Part shown: one piece after another, positions 1-10,340 of the stretch
Layout of the letters: the number at the start of each line of letters is the position of its first letter
Numbering within the stretch: position 1 is the first letter of the stretch
DNA from: Janthinobacterium lividum
GTDB lineage: Bacteria; Bacteroidota; Bacteroidia; Cytophagales; Hymenobacteraceae
Length of the DNA: 64,000 nucleotides
Reading direction: 5' to 3'
Assembly (NCBI GenBank): GCA_050954355.1
Contig: JBPBPH010000089.1
Location: forward strand, 546-64,545
Translations under genes and position numbers: made by a program
The notes under the pieces: model-generated
Seen by the model: the letters and a program-made list of their open reading frames with translations, nothing else
What the model was told of the DNA's origin: nothing
Database searches by the model: none

Positions 1-704
1 TGGCTGGTGAGCGACGAGGCCATCGTGTTCACGTTCTCCGTCAGCTCTTTCCACACGCCGCCCACGTTGGGCACCACGGCCTGGCCGCCCAGCCTGCCCT
101 CGGTGCCCACTTCCTGCGCCACCCGGCTCACCTCGCCGGCAAACACGTTGAGGTTGTCGATGGTGCGGTTAATGGTTTCGGCCATCACCTTGAAGTCGCC
201 CGACACCGGTATCTGAAAGCTCTCGTCGAGGTTGCCCTTGCTGATGTTTTTGAGCACCTTGCCCACTTCCAGCACCGGCACCGCAATGCTGTCTACCAGG
301 CCGTTGATGTTGCTGAGCATGTCGCGCCAGAAGCCGCTGGCCCCGTCGCTGGAGGCGCGGGCCTTGAGGTTGCCCTCCACGCCGGCCACCTTCGAAATGC
401 GCGACACCTCGCCCCCTACCCCGCCAATCATCTCCACCATTGAGTTGTAGGCCTCGGCAATTTCCGAAAAGATGTCGTCGTTTTGCTTGGTCAGGCGCAC
501 GCTCACGTCGCCCTTCTTAAAGGCATCGAGGGCAAACAGTACCCGGTTGAGCTGCTCGTTCACGTAATCGCTGTCGACGGTTGGGTCGAGGGCGGCCCGG
601 CGGGCCCCGCGCTTGCGGGTCAGGTCGGGGCGGCCGGTTTCATCGAGGTCCGGAGCGACGGCCTCAGCCGTCGGCGCGGCAGCAGAGTGTTTGGCGGTAG
701 CCAT
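1..704 (-). CDS. Poly-HAMP sensor protein, probably a hybrid histidine kinase (N-terminal part; runs off the window start)
   Basis: Hand translation from ATG at 704: MATAKH...[13 protein letters not shown]...[15 protein letters not shown]...[45 protein letters not shown]. These are typical poly-HAMP repeats. Not in the ORF track because it is truncated. Confidence 0.85.
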   Translation of the reverse strand, partial: MATAKHSAAAPTAEAVAPDLDETGRPDLTRKRGARRAALDPTVDSDYVNEQLNRVLFALDAFKKGDVSVRLTKQNDDIFSEIAEAYNSMVEMIGGVGGEVSRISKVAGVEGNLKARASSDGASGFWRDMLSNINGLVDSIAVPVLEVGKVLKNISKGNLDESFQIPVSGDFKVMAETINRTIDNLNVFAGEVSRVAQEVGTEGRLGGQAVVPNVGGVWKELTENVNTMASSLTS

Positions 705-925
705 AAATAACGAAGGTGGTGGAAACGGTAGGCGGCCCTAGGGCCACACCAGTGGGGAATAGCAAATGTATAACAAGGGCGCGGGTTGCCGGCGGGGCGG
801 CCCTAGGGCCCGGGGCGAGCGGCATCGGGCTAGCTAGTGCATCTTTGCGCCCGCTTTCAACTTTTCGGAAGCAGCTTGCGTTCTCTCGGTCCGAGAAAAC
901 TTTACCCGTCCCTCCCGTCTTTCGC

Positions 926-3418
926 ATGGTCAAGAATCTAGTTATTGTCGAGTCGCCCGCCAAAGCCAAAACCATTGAGGGTTACCTCGGCCAGGATTAC
1001 GTGGTGCGCTCCAGCTATGGCCACGTGCGCGACCTGCCCAAGGACAACAATGCCGTGGACGTGGCCAACGGCTTCAAACCTACTTACGTGGTAGATGCCG
1101 ATAAGCGCGAGCTGATTTCGCAGCTCAAGAAGCTGGCCAAGGAAGCGGAGATGGTGTGGCTGGCGAGCGACGACGACCGCGAGGGCGAAGCCATTTCGTG
1201 GCATCTCTCGGAAACCCTTAACCTAAAGGCCGACAAGACGAAGCGCATCGTGTTTCGCGAGATTACCAAGCCGGCCATCCTCAACGCCATCGAGCATCCG
1301 AGGGCCATCAACCTGAACCTGGTGAACGCCCAGCAGGCCCGGCGCGTGCTCGACCGCCTGGTGGGCTTCGAGCTGAGCCCCGTGCTGTGGCGCAAGGTGA
1401 AAGCCGGCCTGAGCGCGGGCCGCGTGCAGAGCGTGGCCGTGCGCCTGGTAGTAGACCGCGAGCGCGAAATCAACCAGCACAAGTCGGCCAGCGCCTACCG
1501 CGTGGTGGCCCGCTTCGACGCCGGCCAGGGCACCACCCTGGAGGCCGAGCTGCCCACCCGCTACAAAACCCGCGAGGAAGCCGAAGCCTTTTTGCAGCGC
1601 TGCCTAGGGGCCACCTATAGTATTAACAGCCTCGACAAAAAGCCGGGCAAGCGCACGCCGGCGGCGCCCTTCACCACCAGCACCTTGCAGCAGGAGGCCT
1701 CGCGCAAGCTGGGCTTCTCGGTAGCCCAAACCATGACGGTAGCCCAGAAGCTCTACGAGGCCGGCCACATCAGCTACATGCGCACCGACTCGGTGAACCT
1801 GAGCGAGGAGGCCCGCCTAGGGGCCCGCGCGGCCATCGAGGCCGCTTACGGCGCCCAGTACGCCCACGAGCGGCAGTTCAAAACCAAGTCGGCCAGCGCC
1901 CAGGAGGCCCACGAGGCCATCCGGCCCACCCACTTCGAGCAGGTGAAGGCCGGCGCCGACAGCTCCGAGCAGCGCCTCTACGACCTCATTCGCAAGCGGG
2001 CTATGGGCTCACAGATGGCCGACGCGCAGGTGGAGCGCACCACGGCCGTGATTGGCATCAGCACCCAGCCGGGCGTCACGTTTTCGGCTACCGGCGAGGT
2101 GATTACGTTCGAGGGCTTTTTGAAGGCCTACGCCGAAAGCAAGGACGACGACGAGGAAGAAGGCAAGCCGGCCGATGGCGAAAGCAGCTTCTCTAGGGGG
2201 TTGCCGCCGCTGAGCGTGGGCCAAAACCTGCCGTTGCAAACCCTGACGGCCACCGAGCGCTTCAGCACGCCGCCGGCCCGCTACACCGAGGCCTCGCTGG
2301 TGAAGAAGCTGGAGGAAATGGGCATCGGCCGCCCCAGCACCTACGCCCCCACCATCAGCATCGTGCAGAAGCGCGGCTACGTGGAAAAAGACTCGCGCGA
2401 GGGCAAGGAGCGCAAGTTTTACGCGCTGAGTTTAACCGATAGCGCGGTAAAAACCGAGCAGCGCACCGAAACCTACGGCGCCGACAAAGCCAAGCTCTTC
2501 CCTACTGATACGGCCCTAGTAGTCAACGATTTCCTGGTCGAGCACTTCCCCAATATCGTGGATTTCCAGTTCACGGCCAAGGTGGAGGACGAGTTCGACC
2601 AGATTGCCAACGGCCGCGAGGATTGGGGCCACATGCTGGCGGGCTTCTACGAGCCGTTTCACCAGAGCGTGGAGCGCGGGCAGGACATTGAGCGCAGCAC
2701 GCTGAGCAGCACCCGCGAGATTGGCCTGCACCCCGAAACGGGCGAGAAAATAACGGCCCGCCTGGGCAAATACGGCCCCTACGTGGCCCTGGGGGACACC
2801 ACCGACCCCAACGTGAAACCGGCCTACGCCAACTTGCGCAAGGGCATGTTTATCGAAACCATTACCCTGGAAGAGGCGCTGGACTTGTTCAAACTGCCTA
2901 GGGTAGTGGGCGCGTTTGAGGACAAGGATATGACGGCCGCGTTGGGTCGGTTTGGGCCCTACATCCGCCACGACAGCAAGTTTTATTCGCTGACCAAGGA
3001 GCAGGACCCGCACACCATTACCGGCGACGAGGCCGTGGTGCTTATCGAGGCCAAGCGCAAGGCCGACGCCGAGCGCCTCATCAAGGAGTTTCCCGAAAAC
3101 CCCGACGTGCAGGTGCTGAACGGGCGCTTCGGCCCTTACATCGTGGCGGGCAAGAAGAACGTGAAGATTCCGAAGGGCGAAGAACCCACGGAACTAACCC
3201 TGGAGCGCTGCCTGGAGCTGGCCGCCGCCACCCCCGACAAGCCCGCCAAGGGCGGCCGCTTTGGCAAGAAGGCCGCCGTCGAGAAGCCAGCTAAGGAAGT
3301 GGACGCGCCCACCAAAAAGGCCGCGAAAGAAGCCGTACCAGCCAAGAAAAAGGCGCCGGCGGCCAAAAAGAAAGCGGCCGCCAAGCCCGCCGCTAAAAAA
3401 ACTGCCGCCAGCAAGTAA
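926..3418 (+). CDS. topA: DNA topoisomerase I
   Basis: [37 protein letters not shown] and GIGRPSTYA motifs; Lys/Ala-rich tail. Start placed at ATG 926. Confidence 0.97.
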   Translation: MVKNLVIVESPAKAKTIEGYLGQDYVVRSSYGHVRDLPKDNNAVDVANGFKPTYVVDADKRELISQLKKLAKEAEMVWLASDDDREGEAISWHLSETLNLKADKTKRIVFREITKPAILNAIEHPRAINLNLVNAQQARRVLDRLVGFELSPVLWRKVKAGLSAGRVQSVAVRLVVDREREINQHKSASAYRVVARFDAGQGTTLEAELPTRYKTREEAEAFLQRCLGATYSINSLDKKPGKRTPAAPFTTSTLQQEASRKLGFSVAQTMTVAQKLYEAGHISYMRTDSVNLSEEARLGARAAIEAAYGAQYAHERQFKTKSASAQEAHEAIRPTHFEQVKAGADSSEQRLYDLIRKRAMGSQMADAQVERTTAVIGISTQPGVTFSATGEVITFEGFLKAYAESKDDDEEEGKPADGESSFSRGLPPLSVGQNLPLQTLTATERFSTPPARYTEASLVKKLEEMGIGRPSTYAPTISIVQKRGYVEKDSREGKERKFYALSLTDSAVKTEQRTETYGADKAKLFPTDTALVVNDFLVEHFPNIVDFQFTAKVEDEFDQIANGREDWGHMLAGFYEPFHQSVERGQDIERSTLSSTREIGLHPETGEKITARLGKYGPYVALGDTTDPNVKPAYANLRKGMFIETITLEEALDLFKLPRVVGAFEDKDMTAALGRFGPYIRHDSKFYSLTKEQDPHTITGDEAVVLIEAKRKADAERLIKEFPENPDVQVLNGRFGPYIVAGKKNVKIPKGEEPTELTLERCLELAAATPDKPAKGGRFGKKAAVEKPAKEVDAPTKKAAKEAVPAKKKAPAAKKKAAAKPAAKKTAASK

Positions 3419-3440
3419 GTCGCTAAGGCGTTTTTTGCAG

Positions 3441-3472
3441 AAAGCTCCGCCCAGTTGGCGGGGCTTTTTTTG
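3441..3472 (+). terminator. Rho-independent terminator after topA
   Basis: AAAGCTCCGCC-loop-GGCGGGGCTTT hairpin followed by a T-run. Confidence 0.8.
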
Positions 3473-3687
3473 GCCCCTAGGCCTGTGGCAGTTAGGCTGG
3501 CCGTAAGGCGCAGGCAAGGCCGCCGGGCCCAATGAAAATTAGGTGAGCACCACGGTTGAGGCAAAGCCTTTTATTGGGTATAATTTATTGATAAACAACC
3601 TCATCCGTACCAACTATGGCCAAATGATGGGCGTAAGAAAGGGGCAGCCACCACTATTGGGGCTGATAACTCCTTTTCCACCACCCT

Positions 3688-4560
3688 ATGTTTTACCACG
3701 ATAAACGCACCCAGTATAAAGTGCGGGTTGAGAAACCCAACCCCGCTTTTGCCCGCATGTTGCAGCAAGCCATTGGCGGCATCGAGGGCGAAATGCGCGT
3801 GTGTTTGCAGTACCTGTTTCAGGCCTGGAACTCGCGCGGCCCAGTGAAGTACCGCGACATGCTGCTTGATGTAGGCACCGAAGAAATTGGCCATATCGAG
3901 ATGCTGGCCACCGCCGTAGCCCTCAACCTGGAAGGCGCGCCGCTGAGCGTGGCTGAAGCCGCCATTAAGCAAGACGGCGTAGTGGGCGCGGTGCTGGGCG
4001 GCATGAACCCGCGCTCGTTCCTCTCGGCGGGCTTAGGGGCCATGGCTTTCGATGCCGAGGGCGTGCCGTTTAGCGGGGCCTACGTGGTGGGCAGCGGCAA
4101 CATTTTGGGTGATATGTACACCAACGTGGGGGCCGAGAGCACCGGCCGGGTGCTAGCCACCCGCCTCTGGGAAATCACCGACGACCCTGGTATGAAAGAC
4201 ATGCTCGGCTTCATGATTGCCCGCGATACCATGCACCAGCAGCAATGGCTGGCCGTGATTGAGGAGCTGGGCGGCACCAAGGCGCTGCCCATTCCCAACT
4301 CCTTCCCGCAGCAAAGCGAGTATAAGCAATTTGAATATGCCTTCGTGAGCCCCGGCATCAACGAGGCCGCTACGCCCGCCCAGGGCCGCTGGACGAGCGG
4401 CGAAAGCCTCGACGGCAAGGGCGAATTTCACGTGCTGAAGGCCCAGCCCTACGGCGACGAGCCCAAGCTAGGCCCCCCCGCCCCCAAAGGCCACGCCCAG
4501 AAGGAGCAGATGACGCTGACCGATACCATTATCGGCAACATTAAGGACTCGCTGAGCTAA
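3688..4560 (+). CDS. Manganese catalase family protein
   Basis: GGIEGEMRVCLQY, DVGTEEIGHIEML and ARDTMHQQQW motifs. Confidence 0.92.
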   Translation: MFYHDKRTQYKVRVEKPNPAFARMLQQAIGGIEGEMRVCLQYLFQAWNSRGPVKYRDMLLDVGTEEIGHIEMLATAVALNLEGAPLSVAEAAIKQDGVVGAVLGGMNPRSFLSAGLGAMAFDAEGVPFSGAYVVGSGNILGDMYTNVGAESTGRVLATRLWEITDDPGMKDMLGFMIARDTMHQQQWLAVIEELGGTKALPIPNSFPQQSEYKQFEYAFVSPGINEAATPAQGRWTSGESLDGKGEFHVLKAQPYGDEPKLGPPAPKGHAQKEQMTLTDTIIGNIKDSLS

Positions 4561-4577
4561 GCGCTTGCCAGAAGACT

Positions 4578-4615
4578 AAAAAAGGCGGTCGTGCTCATCT
4601 GGCGTCCGCCTTTTT
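4578..4615. terminator. Bidirectional terminator-like hairpin derived from the REP family
   Basis: AAAAAGGCGG...CCGCCTTTTT between convergent genes. Its core TGCTCATCTGGCGTCCGC recurs at about 6614. Confidence 0.6.
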
Positions 4616-4638
4616 GTTCTTTTAGCTTCTTGCCTTGA

Positions 4639-5550
4639 TTACTCCTCTTCCTTGCCGAAGCCGAAGAAGCGCTTGATACCGGCCCAGGCACCCCCTAAGG
4701 CCAATATAACCACTTTCCAGAACTTGGCGATAAGAGCAAAGGCGCCCACTTTAGCCAGCACCTTGCCTGCCACCAGGCCCCCGATGGAGTAGGCCGCCAC
4801 CTCGTCCACTTCGGGGTTGAAGTCGCGGTACTGCTCGCCGCGCACGAACTGCACGTTGGCCAGCAGGCCCGGAATGCTGGCCTTGATTTCGGGCAGTTGC
4901 GCGGGGTCGGCCACGGCGTTGAAAATCAGCACGCCCTTGCGGCCCAGGATGCGCACGTTGTAGTTGAGAGTTTGCTCGAGGCCGCTGCCGAAGCGCAACA
5001 GCTTGGCCCAGTGCAGGGTATGCTGCTGCTTGTCGTAGTAGGGCTTGGCGCCCCAGCCGTACACGTGCACGGCCTCGTAGCCGGCCTCTTCGCGGGCGGG
5101 GTTTTCCTCCTCGCTTTCCTTCTGCATGGTTTCCAGCAGCTCGTCGTAGTTGATGTCGTCGGCGTCGTTGTCCTTCACGTAGCCTAGGGGCTCATACTGC
5201 ACGATGTAACCCCAGTTGTTTTCGCTGAGCGGCCCGCGGTTGAGCGGAAACAGCATGCCCAGGTTGGCTTGCGGCGGGTTGTGCCAGAGCTTGTGCAGCA
5301 CGTAGCCGCTCTGCGTCGAGTCGAGGTAGTGGTAGCCCTTCGGCACGGTTAGCTCGCCAATGCCGCCGGGCAGTGAAATGTGCCCCTGCTGGTAGTGCAG
5401 CGAGTTATTGATGGAATCGGCATAGGCGCGATAAAGCGCCGCCGAATCTACCGCGGCAGCAGGCTTGGGGGGCGGGGTGGGTTTGGGCTTAGCGGCCAGG
5501 CCGGCGGCGCTAAGCAGTAAAAAAAGAAGGGAAAGTAGCGTTTTTGTCAT
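4639..5550 (-). CDS. DUF2167-like membrane-anchored protein
   Basis: Signal peptide; GYVKDNDADDINYDELL, LHWAK, LNYNVRILGRKG motifs; C-terminal TM GLVAGKVLAKVG. Confidence 0.85.
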   Translation of the reverse strand: MTKTLLSLLFLLLSAAGLAAKPKPTPPPKPAAAVDSAALYRAYADSINNSLHYQQGHISLPGGIGELTVPKGYHYLDSTQSGYVLHKLWHNPPQANLGMLFPLNRGPLSENNWGYIVQYEPLGYVKDNDADDINYDELLETMQKESEEENPAREEAGYEAVHVYGWGAKPYYDKQQHTLHWAKLLRFGSGLEQTLNYNVRILGRKGVLIFNAVADPAQLPEIKASIPGLLANVQFVRGEQYRDFNPEVDEVAAYSIGGLVAGKVLAKVGAFALIAKFWKVVILALGGAWAGIKRFFGFGKEEE

Positions 5551-5727
5551 AAGCTTCTGAGTAGGCAATGGATGAGGTTTCGAAGGTACTCGGCGCCCAC
5601 TTAAATTTCGCCATTGCCACCCGCGCCGCCGTACCTGGCAGCGCGGGCACCCTGGCTTTTGCTTGCCCTGGCCTTCCAGCCGGCCCTAGGGCAAGCCCAT
5701 ACCAAAAGTGCGGCTTGGCCCGTTTAG

Positions 5728-6576
5728 TTGTTTAAAACTCAGCTTGTGCTAAGCTACTTACTATTTGTACTGCCCGGCTTGCTGGTAGGCCTACCGGCCC
5801 CAGTTTACCCCTGGCTGAGTGCCGTGCCGACGGCCAGCCAGGCGGTAGCCACCCGCTTTGCCCCGCCCCTAGGGTGCCGCCGGGCGCCGGTGGCAGCCGG
5901 CTCGTGGGGCGAGTGGCTGCGCGGGCTACCACTGCAACCGGCCGGCACGCCCGCGCGGCTCTACAACGGACAGCTTAAAGACCGCCAGGATGTAGTAGCG
6001 GCCGTGGTAAACATCGACGTGGGTACCAAGGACTTGCAGCAGTGCGCCGACGCCGTTATCCGGCTGCGGGCCGAGTACTTATTCAGCCAAGACCCCAATA
6101 AGGTGCATTTTCACCTTACTACCGGCTACGATTTCTGGTTTTCGGACTACCTGGCGGGGCGCACGTTTGTGGTACGGCGCGAGGAAGTGCTGCCCGCGCC
6201 TAAGCCCGCCGAAGCGCCCACCCACGCGGCCTTGGCGCGTTACCTGCTGCCCACCTTCGGCTACGCGGGCACCTTGTCGCTAAGCCGGGACGTGCGCCCA
6301 GTGCCCCTAGGGCAGGTGCAGCCCGGCGACGTGCTGCTGCACGGCGGCGCGCCCGGCCACGCCGTGCTGGTACTCGACGTGGCTGAAAACCCACGCACCG
6401 GCCAGCGCTACCTGCTGCTGGCCCAGAGCTACCTGCCGGCCCAGCACATCCACTTGCTGCGCAATGTGGCCACACCCGCCCTAGGGGCCTGGTTTGCCGT
6501 GCCAGGGCCCGAGGCGACCAAGTTGGAAACGCCAGAATGGACATTTAGTACGCAGGAATTGGGCCGGTTTGATTGA
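5728..6576 (+). CDS. DUF4846-like secreted protein (putative Cys-His amidase fold)
   Basis: DLQQCADAVIRLRAEYL, GHAVLVLD and LLAQSYLPAQ motifs. Confidence 0.75.
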   Translation: MFKTQLVLSYLLFVLPGLLVGLPAPVYPWLSAVPTASQAVATRFAPPLGCRRAPVAAGSWGEWLRGLPLQPAGTPARLYNGQLKDRQDVVAAVVNIDVGTKDLQQCADAVIRLRAEYLFSQDPNKVHFHLTTGYDFWFSDYLAGRTFVVRREEVLPAPKPAEAPTHAALARYLLPTFGYAGTLSLSRDVRPVPLGQVQPGDVLLHGGAPGHAVLVLDVAENPRTGQRYLLLAQSYLPAQHIHLLRNVATPALGAWFAVPGPEATKLETPEWTFSTQELGRFD

Positions 6577-6648
6577 GGCTGTAAGCAGCAAGTCTGTTCG
6601 CAGAAGCACTCCTGCTCATCTGGCGTCCGCCTTTTCAGAAACTGACTA

Positions 6649-7308
6649 TTAATCCGGCAGCGCGGCAATTTTAGCGGCCGATAGCTCACTGAAGTCGCTT
6701 ATTACCTGGTTGGCCAAGCGCAAGTCCTGGCCTTCGGAGTGGGGGCTGGCGTAGCCGATGCAGTAGATGCCGGCGGCCTTGGCGGCGGCCACGCCATTGG
6801 CCGAATCTTCGATAACGAGGCACTCGGCAACGGGGGTGGCGGCCAGCGCGGCGGCGTGCAGAAAGATGGCCGGGTTGGGCTTGGACTGCTCAAAATCTTC
6901 GCCGCTGACCACGTGGGCGAAGTACGGCGCCAAGCCAAAGCGGTCGAACACGCGCTTGATGGTAGCCTTGGAGGCCGACGAGGCCAGCACCAGCCCTAGG
7001 CCCGCCCGGCAAATATCGTCGAGCAGTGGGCGCACGCCGGGCAGCAGGTCGAGGCTGGGGTCGGTATCAAATTGCGCGTTGAACAGTTCGCGCTTGCGCA
7101 GGAGCAGGGTTTCGGGCGTTTGGGGCAGGTTGTAGCGGGCCCGCAGGCGCTGCATGACGTTGCGGGTCGACGAGCCCAGGAAGCTGGCGTACTCGGCGGC
7201 GGAAACGTCGATTTCTAACTCGGCAAACAACTTTAGAAAGGCGGCGTGGTGAATGGGCTCGGTGTCGATAATGACGCCGTCCATGTCGAAAATGACGGTA
7301 CGAATCAT
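6649..7308 (-). CDS. HAD-family phosphatase (beta-PGM/CbbY-like)
   Basis: FDMDGVIIDTE, SKPNPAIF and IEDSANG motifs. Confidence 0.92.
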   Translation of the reverse strand: MIRTVIFDMDGVIIDTEPIHHAAFLKLFAELEIDVSAAEYASFLGSSTRNVMQRLRARYNLPQTPETLLLRKRELFNAQFDTDPSLDLLPGVRPLLDDICRAGLGLVLASSASKATIKRVFDRFGLAPYFAHVVSGEDFEQSKPNPAIFLHAAALAATPVAECLVIEDSANGVAAAKAAGIYCIGYASPHSEGQDLRLANQVISDFSELSAAKIAALPD

Positions 7309-7470
7309 GCGCGGAACTGGAAAGAAAAGGCAAAGGTGGCGCCCAGGCGCCCGCCGCTAGCCAGGGCAACCGGGTAATGGCCGCCCCGGCACCCTAGGGC
7401 GCTGGCGAACCAGCCGGGCCGGGCACCCCGCCGTTTTACTGTTAATTTGTGCGTTTCGCCGCTTTCCCGC

Positions 7471-8484
7471 ATGAATTTATTTTCCTACGCCACGCTGGCC
7501 GGCTACCAATGGGCGCACCCGCGCCTGCTGCTGTTGCTGGCGCTGGTGCCGCTGCTGCCGCTGCTGCGGGCGCTGCTGGCCCGGCGGCGGCGGCAGGTGG
7601 TGGTGGCCCTGGGGCCGGGCGGGCTGCGCAGCAACTGGCGGGCGCTGCTGCGCTTCGGGCCGCCCCTGGTGCTACTTGCCAGCCTGGCGCTGCTGGTGCT
7701 GGCCGCCGCCCGCCCCCAGCGCGCCGACGAGCACCTTACCCAAACCGGGCGCGGCATCGACATCGTGCTGGCCCTCGACGTGAGCGGCAGCATGGAGCTA
7801 GAGGACCTGAAGCCCACCCGCTTGGTCGCCGCCAAGCGCCTGGCCCGGCGCTTCGTGCAGGGCCGCACCGGCGACCGCCTGGGCCTCATTGCCTTCGCCG
7901 GGCAAGCCTACTCGCTGGTGCCACTAACGACGGACTACGACTTGCTGCTCGACAACCTGGCCAGCCTGCGCCCCGGCCTCATTGCCGACGATGGCACGGC
8001 CATCGGCACCGCCATTGGCACGGCCATCAACCGCCTGCGCGACTCGCGGGCGCTGTCCAAGGTGTGCCTGCTGCTCTCGGACGGCGAAAGCAACGCCGGC
8101 AGCCTCGACCCGCTGCTGGCCGCGCAGTTGGCGCACGCCTACGGCATCCGGCTCTACACCATTGGCCTGGGGCAGGATGGGTTCGTGCCCTTCGGCCGCG
8201 ACAGCACCACCGGCAAAACGCGCTACGTGGAAACCCGCCTCGACGAAACCACCATGCGGCAATTGGCGCAAGCGACGGACGGCCGCTTCTTCCGCGCCAC
8301 CGACAACGCGGCGCTGGGCGAGGTATTCGCCGCCATCAACCGCCTCGAAAAGTCCGACATCCGCACCCAGCGCTACCGCAGCGTGCAGGACTTCTACCGG
8401 CCCTACCTGGGCCTAGGGATACTTTTCTGGTTTTTGTGGCTGGGGCTAAAAAGCACGTTTATGAGCAACGTGCTGGAAGATTGA
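7471..8484 (+). CDS. VWA-domain membrane protein (BatA-like)
   Basis: N-terminal TM, MIDAS DVSGSM, GTAIG, LSDGESN, C-terminal TM. Confidence 0.88.
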   Translation: MNLFSYATLAGYQWAHPRLLLLLALVPLLPLLRALLARRRRQVVVALGPGGLRSNWRALLRFGPPLVLLASLALLVLAAARPQRADEHLTQTGRGIDIVLALDVSGSMELEDLKPTRLVAAKRLARRFVQGRTGDRLGLIAFAGQAYSLVPLTTDYDLLLDNLASLRPGLIADDGTAIGTAIGTAINRLRDSRALSKVCLLLSDGESNAGSLDPLLAAQLAHAYGIRLYTIGLGQDGFVPFGRDSTTGKTRYVETRLDETTMRQLAQATDGRFFRATDNAALGEVFAAINRLEKSDIRTQRYRSVQDFYRPYLGLGILFWFLWLGLKSTFMSNVLED

Positions 8485-8538
8485 GAAGTTAACTTTATAT
8501 ACCAATGTCTAAAGCCTAACAACATAATTCAAATAATT

Positions 8539-8991
8539 ATGACCGACGAACAACTGATGCAATATCATTATAAGGTAGAGCAAGATTTACAACAGTATGG
8601 CTACTACTCAACCTTCGTATTTTCTAAAGACAAGCCGTCTTTTTGCTATTCGACAGGCATCTATAAAAACTTCGGTATTCCGGAGATATTCATCTCTTCG
8701 CTGCCCCCAAACTTATCATACGAGCTTATTAGTAACTACCTGAACAAGTTTAAGGAATCCAAATCTGTACCGCTGAATCAGCGCATAGTTGATTTAACCG
8801 ATAGATTTTTCGTCTATTTAATAGACGTACCAATATCAGAAGTAAAGGACTATGCTTTAGCTAGTATAAAGTTTTATGAAAATATAGATTTAAAATATAT
8901 ACAGTTGATTTATCCAGATATTCAAGGAAATTTCCCTAATGATTCCGAATACGATTATGACCAAATTGTATTAGGAGATTTTATTAATTAG
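8539..8991 (+). CDS. DUF4262-like hypothetical protein in an AT-rich islet
   Basis: FCYSTG...PEIFI and QLIYPD..G.FP motifs; markedly AT-rich. Confidence 0.6.
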   Translation: MTDEQLMQYHYKVEQDLQQYGYYSTFVFSKDKPSFCYSTGIYKNFGIPEIFISSLPPNLSYELISNYLNKFKESKSVPLNQRIVDLTDRFFVYLIDVPISEVKDYALASIKFYENIDLKYIQLIYPDIQGNFPNDSEYDYDQIVLGDFIN

Positions 8992-9075
8992 TAAAATCTC
9001 TTAAGAATTAGAAGCATTGCTCGCTCAATATTAATACTTAAGAATCAGCTATCTGATTTGACACGTACTATTTCA

Positions 9076-10146
9076 ATGCCCTCCACTAGTCCCATCCTCC
9101 TCATCCAAACCGCCTTTATTGGCGACGTGATACTAGCAACGGCGCTGGTGGAGGAGCTGGCCCGCACCGCGCCCCAGGCGCCGCTCGATGTGCTGGTGCG
9201 GCGCGGCAACGAGGGGCTGCTGGCGGGCAACCCGCACGTGCGGCAAGTGTTAGTGTGGGATAAGAAAACCCGCAAATATCCCAACCTGCTGCGGCTGCTG
9301 CGCCAGGTGCGGGCCGCCGGCTACGGGCGCGTTATCAACCTGCAGCGCTTTGCCAGCATGGGGTTTCTCACCGCGTTTTCGGGCGCGCCCGAGCGGGTGG
9401 GGTTTGCCGAGAATCCGTTTAGCCGGTTTTTTACGCGGCGGGTGCCGCACGTTATCGGCAACGGCACGCACGAGGTGCAGCGCAACTTGGCTTTGCTGGC
9501 CGAAACGCCCCTAGGGCCTGGTCCCGCGCCAAGCCCGCCGCCGGCACTAGCCGCTGCTTACGTGGCGGTGCGCTCGGTGCTGCCTAGGCCCCACCTCTAC
9601 CCTACCCCGGCCGATGAGGCGGCCGCCGCGCCCTACGCGGCCGTGGGCGAGTATGTGTGCCTAGCGCCCACCTCGGTGTGGTTTACCAAGCAGTACCCTC
9701 AGGCCAAGTGGCTGGCGCTGCTGGCCGCGCTGCCCGCTGGCTTGCCGGTATACCTACTGGGCGGCCCGCCCGACGCGGCTGCCTGCGCCCAGCTGGCGGA
9801 GGCAGCCGCGCGGCCGGGCCTGGTAAACCTGGCGGGCCAATTAAGCTTGCTGGCGTCGGCGGCGCTCCTGCGCGGGGCGGTGCTCAACTACGTCAACGAC
9901 TCGGCGCCGCTGCACTTGTGCTCGGCCGTGAATGCGCCGGTGTGCGCCGTATTCTGCTCCACGGTGCCAGCCTATGGGTTTGGGCCACTGAGCAGCTTTG
10001 CGCGGGTGGTGCAGCACGCGCCGGGGCTGGCTTGCCGGCCCTGCGGCCTGCACGGGCACGCCCGCTGCCCCCTAGGGCACTTCCGCTGCGCCCTAGATAT
10101 TGAAACCCCACTGCTGCTACGGGCCCTGGCCGACGCCTGCGCCTAG
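9076..10146 (+). CDS. Glycosyltransferase family 9 (heptosyltransferase-like)
   Basis: IQTAFIGDVIL, NDSAPLH and C-terminal CRPCGLHG..CP.GHF.C motifs. Confidence 0.92.
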   Translation: MPSTSPILLIQTAFIGDVILATALVEELARTAPQAPLDVLVRRGNEGLLAGNPHVRQVLVWDKKTRKYPNLLRLLRQVRAAGYGRVINLQRFASMGFLTAFSGAPERVGFAENPFSRFFTRRVPHVIGNGTHEVQRNLALLAETPLGPGPAPSPPPALAAAYVAVRSVLPRPHLYPTPADEAAAAPYAAVGEYVCLAPTSVWFTKQYPQAKWLALLAALPAGLPVYLLGGPPDAAACAQLAEAAARPGLVNLAGQLSLLASAALLRGAVLNYVNDSAPLHLCSAVNAPVCAVFCSTVPAYGFGPLSSFARVVQHAPGLACRPCGLHGHARCPLGHFRCALDIETPLLLRALADACA

Positions 10147-10196
10147 CGAACAAATGCGCAGCAAACCCCAGCATAGCAGGCTCGTAAGCAGCAAGG

Positions 10197-10316
10197 CAGC
10201 CACCAAGCCCGTCCTGCTCAGCTTATCGAAGCATCTCTACCGCGCCGTTGGATTAGTAACCCTGGTGGCGCGGCAGGGATGCTTCGACAAGCTGAGCAGG
10301 ACGGGCTTGGTGGCTG
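10197..10316. repeat. REP-like long inverted repeat
   Basis: Arms GTCCTGCTCAGCTTATCGAAGCATC / GATGCTTCGACAAGCTGAGCAGGAC. Confidence 0.85.
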
Positions 10317-10340
10317 TATTTCTATCCGATTAGCTTCTTC

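Noticed and set aside
716-925. Upstream extensions in the ORF track (topA, dxr, rseP, the BlaI-family gene, rpsP)
   Set aside because: They run through promoters or repeats; family homology begins at the later starts.
3260-3418. Lys/Ala repeats at the topA C-terminus
   Set aside because: This is a known histone-like tail on many TopA proteins.
7449-8492. Long overlapping and antisense ORFs in the track (e.g. 7449-8492, 50705-51769, 54993-56033)
   Set aside because: They are Arg/Pro/Ala-rich shadow frames expected at high GC3, with no motifs.
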